From the NCBI GenBank assembly GCA_035357435.1, contig DAOPNM010000023.1, positions 1 to 7,733 on the forward strand: a DNA stretch of 7,733 bases. Reading direction: 5' to 3'. The position numbers and the translations under genes were made by a program. Under the pieces are notes generated by a model, which saw only the letters and a list, made by a program, of their open reading frames with translations, had not been told where the DNA came from and made no database searches. Positions within the stretch are counted from its first letter, which is position 1. The number at the start of each line of letters is the position of its first letter. Shown in pieces: positions 1 through 4,517 of this stretch. This stretch comes from an archaeon (GTDB lineage Archaea; Iainarchaeota; Iainarchaeia; Iainarchaeales; CSSED10-239).

Positions 1-1
1 G

Positions 2-322
2 CATGATAAAGAATTATTAGAGTATGGTTTAGAAAATATACAAAAAGTTAAAGAAATTGAATTATATAATCCATTAGATATAAATAAACAAGGCCCCATA
101 ATTTTGTTTTCTTTGGGAAATAATGACCCACAAAAAATAAATATTTTGTTAGATGAAATAAGTGGAATTGCAGTAAGATCTGGTATGCATTGTGCTCAAC
201 CAATTGTAAGTAGATTAAATCCAAATGGTTTGTTAAGAGCCTCTTTTTATTTTTATAATACTTTTGAAGAAATTGATGTTTTTATAAAAACATTAAAAGA
301 TATTCAAAAGAAGTTTTTATAA
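2..322 (+). CDS. sufS: Cysteine desulfurase (class V aminotransferase fold, SufS/CsdA-like), C-terminal fragment; N-terminus lies upstream of the window
   Basis: The frame is open from the window edge (codon phase of nt 2) to TAA at 320-322. The track's 'M' at 104 is a TTG inside this frame. The translation HDKELLEYGLENIQK...EISGIAVRSGMHCAQPIVSRLNPNGLLRASFYFYNTFEEID contains the R-x-G-x-H-C-A-x-P active-site cysteine loop and the RAS..hYN..eEID C-terminal pattern typical of SufS/CsdA-type desulfurases. This comparison is from memory of the family, not from a search. Confidence 0.75.
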   Translation, partial: HDKELLEYGLENIQKVKEIELYNPLDINKQGPIILFSLGNNDPQKINILLDEISGIAVRSGMHCAQPIVSRLNPNGLLRASFYFYNTFEEIDVFIKTLKDIQKKFL

Positions 323-329
323 ACATCTA

Positions 330-356
330 TTTATAAATTTTTTTCTCTATATATAT
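330..356 (+). promoter_or_regulatory. TATA-box candidates for the Alba gene (tttataaa 330-337; tatatata 349-356)
   Basis: Two TATA-like octamers lie 70-100 nt upstream of ATG 428. Which one, if either, is used cannot be decided from sequence in such AT-rich DNA. Confidence 0.3.
338..344 (+). terminator. Oligo-T (T7) archaeal-type termination signal after the desulfurase gene
   Basis: A run of 7 T lies 16 nt after the TAA stop. Archaeal RNA polymerase terminates at oligo-T tracts. Confidence 0.4.
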
Positions 357-360
357 TTTA

Positions 361-378
361 ACTTCCTTAGGGGGAAGT
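361..378 (+). other. Short GC-containing hairpin (ACTTCC-ttaggg-GGAAGT) in the Alba upstream region
   Basis: A perfect 6-bp inverted repeat, 361-366 with 373-378, encloses a 6-nt loop. It is the only GC-containing element in an otherwise A/T-only spacer. Confidence 0.35.
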
Positions 379-427
379 ATGTTTAACAATTAGCAAATAT
401 TCCAAAAAAATACAAGGGGGAATTTAC

Positions 428-703
428 ATGGAAAATGATGAAAATGCAATTTATATAGGAAAAAAAGGAACAATGTCTTATGTCTTAGCAGTTATCACAC
501 AATTTAATCAAGGTGCAACAGAAGTTACAATAAAAGCAAGAGGTAAAACAATCTCTAAAGCTGTAGATGTTGCAGAGATTGTAAAAAATAAGTTTATGAA
601 TGCTGTAAAAATAGACAAAATAGATATTTCTACAGAAGAAATTACAACAGAAAATAATACCCCTATGAAGGTTTCTGCAATAGAAATTCTTTTGAAGAAA
701 TGA
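428..703 (+). CDS. albA: DNA/RNA-binding chromatin protein Alba
   Basis: This 91-aa ORF translates to [51 protein letters not shown]. That matches the Alba signature (IGKKpvMnYVlA..t.fnqG..ev.[22 protein letters not shown]). A GGGGG Shine-Dalgarno-like run at 416-420 lies 7 nt before the ATG. T7 tracts follow the stop. Confidence 0.92.
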   Translation: MENDENAIYIGKKGTMSYVLAVITQFNQGATEVTIKARGKTISKAVDVAEIVKNKFMNAVKIDKIDISTEEITTENNTPMKVSAIEILLKK

Positions 704-725
704 TTTTGTATTATTTTCTTCTTTC

Positions 726-740
726 TTTTTTTATTTTTTT
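726..740 (+). terminator. Two T7 tracts (726-732, 734-740) downstream of Alba
   Basis: The oligo-T runs lie 23-37 nt after TGA 701-703. The complementary A6 at 781-786 gives a T6 tract just after the stop of the convergent minus-strand ORF. Confidence 0.45.
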
Positions 741-787
741 GTAAATTAAAATCTGATTTTTATAAATAGTTTTTTAACACAAAAAAT

Positions 788-994
788 TTAGATCATACCT
801 TTTGCCATATTTTTTGTAGTTCTTAAACATTTTTTGTGCCAATATTGTCCGCCCCATTTTACATCGCATCCTTTTTGGGAACATAAGGCACATGTTTCGT
901 TTGGGTATTTAGCAGTTGCCAAATTTATTTGATTGTCTTTTATTTTCTTTGTTTCTGTTTTTTCTTTTTTTTTAAATGGGTTTAGAAAGCTCAT
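788..994 (-). CDS. Small (68 aa) basic zinc-finger microprotein, function unknown
   Basis: The ORF has a Lys-rich N-terminal half (FKKKEKTETKKIK). Its C-terminal half is CALCSQKGCDVKWGGQYWHKKC, i.e. C-x2-C-x4-C-x9-H-x2-C, with an aromatic-His (YWH..C) knuckle like treble-clef or LIM/PHD-type half fingers. The Cys/His segment is locally more GC-rich than the flanks. There is no clear SD. An AT block (taataattaatttt on the minus strand, 1020-1033) lies about 26-39 nt upstream of the ATG and is compatible with a leaderless mRNA. Confidence 0.5.
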   Translation of the reverse strand: MSFLNPFKKKEKTETKKIKDNQINLATAKYPNETCALCSQKGCDVKWGGQYWHKKCLRTTKNMAKGMI

Positions 995-1033
995 TTTTCC
1001 ACAGGTTTTAGTTATCTACAAAATTAATTATTA

Positions 1034-1106
1034 TAGCCTGGAGGAGATTCGAACTCCTGTTGCAAGGTCCAAAGCCTTGCGTGCTTGGCCTCTACACTAC
1101 CAGGCT
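1034..1106 (-). tRNA. tRNA-Gln (anticodon UUG), no encoded CCA
   Basis: The reverse complement folds by hand into a cloverleaf. Acceptor: AGCCTGG/CCAGGCT. D stem: GTGT/GCAC. Anticodon stem CAAGG/CCTTG with loop C-T-TTG-G-A. The variable loop is 4 nt. T arm: AGGAG-TTCGAAT-CTCCT. The discriminator is A. The anticodon corresponds to + strand caa at 1070-1072. Confidence 0.93.
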
Positions 1107-1123
1107 ATTATTTTTTTGTTTAG

Positions 1124-1137
1124 TATATATAATATAT
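1124..1137 (-). promoter_or_regulatory. TATA-like element upstream of tRNA-Gln (minus strand atatattatatata)
   Basis: An alternating A/T block lies about 18-31 nt upstream of the mature tRNA 5' end. A second candidate (catatataaag on the minus strand, 1148-1158) lies further upstream. Confidence 0.35.
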
Positions 1138-1268
1138 CTTCCAATCACTTTATATATGTTTTTTTACATTAATTATTTATAGTTTAATGTTTTTTTATAA
1201 TGTTTGTTGTAGGTTGTAATTATTTTATGTTTATATTTTTTTAGATATTTTATTATTAGATAGATATA

Positions 1269-1278
1269 TTTATATATA
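1269..1278 (+). promoter_or_regulatory. TATA box (tttatatata) for tRNA-Ile
   Basis: This is a consensus-like archaeal TATA element ending 28 nt before the mature tRNA 5' end at 1307. That spacing would give a short leader for RNase P removal. Confidence 0.5.
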
Positions 1279-1306
1279 GTTTTTCTCATAATTATTTTTA
1301 GGTAAA

Positions 1307-1381
1307 GGGAGTTTAGCTTAGCCTGGTTAGAGCACTCGACTGATAATCGAGAGGTCGCAGGTTCGAATCCTGCAATTCCCA
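1307..1381 (+). tRNA. tRNA-Ile (anticodon GAU), no encoded CCA
   Basis: Hand-folded cloverleaf. Acceptor: GGGAGTT/AATTCCC with one G-T pair. D stem: GCTT/GAGC. Anticodon stem CTCGA/TCGAG with loop C-T-GAT-A-A, anticodon at 1342-1344. Variable loop: AGGTC. T arm: GCAGG-TTCGAAT-CCTGC. The discriminator is A1381. Confidence 0.93.
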
Positions 1382-1418
1382 TTTAATTTTTATATTAATT
1401 TTTGTAGAGGTAATTTTT

Positions 1419-1577
1419 ATGAAAAATATATTTAGTATAGAAAAAGATTATGACCCTTCAGATTATGATTATGATGAGGATCCAAAAACAAAAAAACCAG
1501 TTGATGGTGCAGATTCTTGGGATGAAGATCTTGACACAGATTGGGACGAAGATGAGGAACCTGCAGAAGGGGATTAA
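1419..1577 (+). CDS. Hyperacidic 52-aa microprotein with Trp-in-acidic-run motifs (not in the supplied ORF track)
   Basis: ATG 1419 to TAA 1575-1577 translates to MKNIFSIEKDYDPSDYDYDEDPKTKKPVDGADSWDEDLDTDWDEDEEPAEGD. That is 22 D/E against 5 K, with 2 W. AGAGGT at 1406-1411 lies 7 nt upstream of the ATG, the same SD spacing as the Alba, histone-fold and thermosome genes. A T7 tract (1578-1584) starts immediately after the stop. The segment is visibly less AT-rich than the flanking spacers. The track's 1450-1653 ORF is in a different frame and runs through that T tract and the next promoter. Confidence 0.5.
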   Translation: MKNIFSIEKDYDPSDYDYDEDPKTKKPVDGADSWDEDLDTDWDEDEEPAEGD

Positions 1578-1584
1578 TTTTTTT
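1578..1584 (+). terminator. T7 tract immediately after the acidic micro-ORF stop
   Basis: The sequence ttttttt abuts TAA 1575-1577. Confidence 0.4.
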
Positions 1585-1627
1585 GAGATTTATTGTATTT
1601 GTTTGAAATATATTTTTTTGTATTTAT

Positions 1628-1635
1628 TTTATATA
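1628..1635 (+). promoter_or_regulatory. TATA box candidate (tttatata) for the histone-fold gene
   Basis: It lies about 42-49 nt upstream of ATG 1677, which would place the transcription start just before the GAGGG SD at 1664-1668. A second tttatata at 1639-1646 is an alternative. Confidence 0.35.
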
Positions 1636-1676
1636 AACTTTATATATTTTTAAGAAAAAAAAAGAGGGAATGATAT

Positions 1677-2075
1677 ATGGCAGTTAATGAAATTGTAGAT
1701 AAAGAAGAATTAAAAAATAAAGATAATGTAGAGGATGAAGAAATTTCTCCTGAAGAAGACGAACAGTTACCTTTTCCAAATGCACGTGTAGTTAAATTGA
1801 TGAGATCTAATTTAGATCCACATAAGCAAATAAAAGGTGTGGTGAAAAAAGAAATGAATTTATTTTTAGGAAGAATTGTTGCAACAGTTTGTAAAAAAAT
1901 GAATGAATTTGAATATTCATATGTTGATTATGGCATGTTTAAACAAGCCACAGAAACTTTTGAAAACATTCAAACAATAGAATTAGAAAAAATAAGAATA
2001 CTTAAGGCTTTAGATAAAATAAAAGCAGATTGTGATGTTTTAATGAATGATGTAGAAAGAAAATTCCATGAATGA
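1677..2075 (+). CDS. Atypical histone-fold protein (NF-YC/NC2-alpha/H2A-like alpha1 motif) with acidic N-terminal tail and helical C-terminal extension
   Basis: This is a 132-aa ORF with GAGGG 8 nt upstream. Residues about 31-95 read LPFPNARVVKLMRSNLDPHKQIKGVVKKEMNLFLGRIVATVCKKMNEFEYSYVDYGMFKQATETF. This fits helix-loop-long helix-loop-helix. It parallels HMfB ELPIAPIGRIIK... and the FPxAR[IV]xK[IL]M start of NF-YC/NC2-alpha-type folds. Both comparisons are from memory. Residues 1-30 carry 13 D/E against 3 K. Residues about 96-132 are heptad-like (IELEKIRILKALDKIKADCDVLMNDVERKF). Confidence 0.7.
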   Translation: MAVNEIVDKEELKNKDNVEDEEISPEEDEQLPFPNARVVKLMRSNLDPHKQIKGVVKKEMNLFLGRIVATVCKKMNEFEYSYVDYGMFKQATETFENIQTIELEKIRILKALDKIKADCDVLMNDVERKFHE

Positions 2076-2076
2076 A

Positions 2077-2084
2077 TTTTTTTT
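2077..2084 (+). terminator. T8 tract after the histone-fold gene
   Basis: The sequence tttttttt begins 2 nt after TGA 2073-2075. Confidence 0.45.
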
Positions 2085-2092
2085 CTTTTATT

Positions 2093-2100
2093 TTTATAAA
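2093..2100 (+). promoter_or_regulatory. TATA box (tttataaa) of the thermosome gene
   Basis: A consensus archaeal TATA octamer lies 42-49 nt upstream of ATG 2142. The predicted start near 2122-2126 precedes GGAGG at 2130-2134, which is 7 nt from the ATG. Confidence 0.5.
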
Positions 2101-2141
2101 TATTTTTTTTTGTAAATAAAAATAGGTATGGAGGAATAATT

Positions 2142-3767
2142 ATGGCAAACAATTCAGAACAAAATGCACCTTTTCTTCCTGAAGGCTCTAAAAGAGAAAA
2201 AGGAAGAGATGCACAAAGATTAAATATTCTTGTTGCAAAGGCTGTAGCAAACGCAGTTAAATCTACATTAGGCCCTAAAGGTATGGATAAAATGTTAGTT
2301 GATGAATTAGGCGATGTAACAATAAGTAATGATGGTGCAACAATTTTAAAGGAAATGGCAATTGAGCATCCTGTAGGAAAAATGTTAGTAGAATTAGCAA
2401 AAACACAAGATACAGAGATAGGTGATGGTACAACAACAGCAGTTGTTTTAGCAGGGGAATTAGTTGGGAAAGCAGAGGCATTGCTTGATGAAAATATCCA
2501 TCCATCTATTATTATTAAAGGTTATAAATTAGCAGCAGAAAAAGCATTAGATTATTTTAAAGACATTTCTTTACCTTTAACAATTAAAGATAAAGAATTA
2601 CTTTTAGATATTGCACGAACATCAATGACTGGTAAAGCCTATGATTTTAATGCACAGTTGGCAAATATTGTTGTTGATGCTGTTTTGAAAGCATATTCTA
2701 TTAATAAAGAATTAGATAGGGAAGATATAAAATTAGAAAAGAAATTAGGTGCAAGTATCTTAGACACTCAATTAATTAATGGTATTGTTTTAGATAAAGA
2801 GATTATTCATTCAGAAATGCCAAAGTTAGTTAAAGATGCAAAAATAGCAATATTAAGTTCTGCATTAGAAATTAAAGAACCAGAGACTGATGCAAAAATA
2901 CAAATTTCTTCTCCAGAGCAATTAATGTCTTTTGTAGATCAAGAAGAAGCTTTGCTTAAAAAGATGGTGGATGCAATAAAAGCAACTGGCGCAAATGTTG
3001 TATTATGTCAAAAAGGAATTGATGATCTTGCAGCACATTATCTTGCGAAAGCAAAGATTTTAGCAGTAAGAAGATTAAAGGAGTCAGATATTTCTTTATT
3101 AGCAAAAGCAACTGGTGCAAAGATAGTAAATAGAATTAAAGATATTTCAAAAGATGATTTAGGTTCAGCAAAACAAGTTTATGAAAAAAAGGTTGCTGGA
3201 GATTCTATGTTGTTTATTGAAGGTACAAAAGAACCAGGGGCAGTAACAATTCTATTAAGAGGTGGCTCTGAGCAATCTTTGGCAGAAATAGAAAGAACAA
3301 TTAATGATGCAGTTTGTGCTGTTATTTCAAGTTTAAAAATTGGAAGATATGTTGCTGCTGGAGGTTCTTCAGAGGTTGAAGTTGCACTTAAATTAAGAGA
3401 TTTTGCAAGGACTATTGGTGGAAGAGAGCAATTGGCAATTGAAACTTTTGCAGATGTTTTAGATGTTATCCCTAAAACATTAGCAGAGAGTGCAGGTTTG
3501 GATGCAATAGATACAATTGTAACATTAAGAAGTAAACATCAGTCCCCAGAAAACAAATTTGTAGGGATAGATGTAATCAATTCAAAAATAACAGATATGA
3601 AAAAATTAAATGTAATTGAACCACTTAATATAAAAACACAAGCTATTGTTTCTTCTATTGAAGTTGTAGAAATGATTTTAAGAATAGATGATATAATTGC
3701 TGCATCTTCTAAAAACAAAGGTTATGGAGGCATGCCTCCAGGTGGTATGCCCCCAATGGACATGTAG
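2142..3767 (+). CDS. ths: Thermosome subunit (group II chaperonin, CCT/TCP-1 family)
   Basis: The 541-aa ORF carries TLGPKGMDKMLVD, ITNDGATIL-like (TISNDGATILKEM), the GDGTTT nucleotide-binding motif (EIGDGTTTAVVLAGE) and VAAGGSSEVE. It ends in a Gly-Met-Pro-rich tail, GGMPPGGMPPMDM. It has a strong SD. Confidence 0.97.
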   Translation: MANNSEQNAPFLPEGSKREKGRDAQRLNILVAKAVANAVKSTLGPKGMDKMLVDELGDVTISNDGATILKEMAIEHPVGKMLVELAKTQDTEIGDGTTTAVVLAGELVGKAEALLDENIHPSIIIKGYKLAAEKALDYFKDISLPLTIKDKELLLDIARTSMTGKAYDFNAQLANIVVDAVLKAYSINKELDREDIKLEKKLGASILDTQLINGIVLDKEIIHSEMPKLVKDAKIAILSSALEIKEPETDAKIQISSPEQLMSFVDQEEALLKKMVDAIKATGANVVLCQKGIDDLAAHYLAKAKILAVRRLKESDISLLAKATGAKIVNRIKDISKDDLGSAKQVYEKKVAGDSMLFIEGTKEPGAVTILLRGGSEQSLAEIERTINDAVCAVISSLKIGRYVAAGGSSEVEVALKLRDFARTIGGREQLAIETFADVLDVIPKTLAESAGLDAIDTIVTLRSKHQSPENKFVGIDVINSKITDMKKLNVIEPLNIKTQAIVSSIEVVEMILRIDDIIAASSKNKGYGGMPPGGMPPMDM

Positions 3768-3810
3768 TTTTTTTTGTTCCTTTTGGAACATCTTTTTTTA
3801 ATTTTTTTTT
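3768..3810. terminator. Convergent-gene terminator region: T8, GTTCC-tttt-GGAAC hairpin, T7, T9
   Basis: T8 (3768-3775) starts right after TAG 3765-3767. A perfect 5-bp hairpin follows at 3776-3789, then T7 (3793-3799) and T9 (3802-3810). All the T tracts are on the + strand. On the minus strand only the palindromic hairpin is available to the HAD transcript. Confidence 0.5.
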
Positions 3811-3835
3811 CTATTTTGTTTATTTTCTGAGGTTA

Positions 3836-4504
3836 TTAACTATTGGGATTTATTTTCTTCAAAAATTTTTGATTAACTTCTTTATAGTTTTTTATTTCTT
3901 TATCTGCCAATGAAAAATCAACATTTTTATTAACTTCGTTTCTTACGCCTATACAAAGCATGCCTGCATCTTTTGCAGAAGCAATTCCATTATATGAATC
4001 TTCAAATACTAGGCATTCATTAGGTGGTGTTTTTGTTTTTTTTGATGCAATTTTATATATGTGTGGTTTTGGTTTTCCTGGTTTTCCTTTAAGATCTTCT
4101 GCAGATATAATTGTATCAAAATATTTGTTTAAATCAAATCTTTCTAAAATAATTTTAATAAGTTTAATTTGTGCAGATGAACAAATTGCAATTTTATAAT
4201 TTTGTTTTTTAAGAAATTTTAGTGTATTTAATAAATTAGGTAATAGTTTTGTTTTATATAAGTAAATATCTTTTGCCCATTCATTCCAGTTTTTAAAAAA
4301 TTCTTTTTTTGAAAGTGGCATTTTTTTATGGGATTTATAATATTTCCATGTATCTTCTAAACTTCTTCCAATGTTTTCTTCCCATTCTTTTTTTGTTATG
4401 TTTTTGTTAATTTTTTTTTGATAAAATATTAGTTCGTCTTGTGTAAAATATTTTTCTGAATTTATCATTGTGCCATCAAAATCAAATATAATTGTTTTAA
4501 TCAT
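3836..4504 (-). CDS. HAD-superfamily hydrolase, subfamily IA (beta-phosphoglucomutase/phosphatase-like)
   Basis: The 222-aa ORF has all four HAD motifs. Motif I is IIFDFDGTMINSE (DxDGT). Motif II is IAICSSA. Motif III is the Lys in GKPKPHIY. Motif IV is VFEDSYNGIASAKDAGM. An alpha-helical cap region lies between motifs I and II. Substrate cannot be inferred. Confidence 0.85.
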   Translation of the reverse strand: MIKTIIFDFDGTMINSEKYFTQDELIFYQKKINKNITKKEWEENIGRSLEDTWKYYKSHKKMPLSKKEFFKNWNEWAKDIYLYKTKLLPNLLNTLKFLKKQNYKIAICSSAQIKLIKIILERFDLNKYFDTIISAEDLKGKPGKPKPHIYKIASKKTKTPPNECLVFEDSYNGIASAKDAGMLCIGVRNEVNKNVDFSLADKEIKNYKEVNQKFLKKINPNS

Positions 4505-4517
4505 CTTTTTTCTTTTT

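Noticed and set aside
379-395. Mini-ORF atg ttt aac aat tag following the GGGGGAAG of the hairpin
   Set aside because: It has only 4 sense codons, and the G-run abuts the ATG with too little spacing for an SD. It is most likely fortuitous.
435-441. C-box-like ATGATGA (also at 1471-1477) as possible C/D box sRNA
   Set aside because: Both lie inside coding frames (Alba codons 3-5 and the DYDED codons of the acidic ORF). Neither has a CTGA D box or C'/D' pair at the expected spacing, and neither has terminal stems.
933-1172. 79-aa + strand ORF from the track
   Set aside because: It runs antisense through the 5' end of the Zn-finger ORF and straight across tRNA-Gln. The product is a low-complexity F/I/L-rich translation of T-rich spacer, and there is no SD. 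It is a shadow ORF.
1173-1306. Short direct repeats (taatgttt x2, tagata x3) in the inter-tRNA spacer as a possible repeat array
   Set aside because: The units are 6-8 nt, irregularly spaced and pure A/T-rich low complexity. There is no CRISPR-like repeat-spacer periodicity.
1034-1381. tRNA genes as integration sites for a mobile element
   Set aside because: I looked for a second copy of either tRNA 3' half (the ...TTCGAAT... T-arm plus acceptor sequence) elsewhere in the window and found none. No integrase, transposase or compositional break is visible.
1173-1382. 69-aa minus-strand ORF from the track
   Set aside because: Its N-terminal part (MGIAGFEPATSRLSVECSNQAKL) is simply the antisense translation of tRNA-Ile. 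The rest is K/Y/I-rich spacer. It is not a gene.
1450-1653. 67-aa + strand ORF from the track (MTLQIMIMMRIQ...)
   Set aside because: It lies in a different frame from the SD-preceded acidic micro-ORF. It has no SD of its own. It continues through the T7 tract and the TATA-like boxes of the next gene, and its tail is spacer-derived F/Y/I/L low complexity.
1970-2152. 60-aa minus-strand ORF spanning the histone-fold gene 3' end and the thermosome promoter
   Set aside because: It is antisense to a well-supported CDS and to promoter and terminator sequence, and its composition is low complexity.
2275-2505. 76-aa minus-strand ORF inside the thermosome gene
   Set aside because: It is an antisense shadow of a highly conserved CDS, with a Leu/His-rich nonsense composition.
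3727-3764. Tandem repeat ggcatgcctccaggtggtatgccccca at the thermosome 3' end
   Set aside because: It encodes the GGMPPGGMPP tail. Gly/Met-rich C-terminal repeats are a normal chaperonin feature.
3960-4199. 79-aa + strand ORF inside the HAD gene
   Set aside because: It is an antisense shadow of the HAD CDS, which carries all four family motifs.
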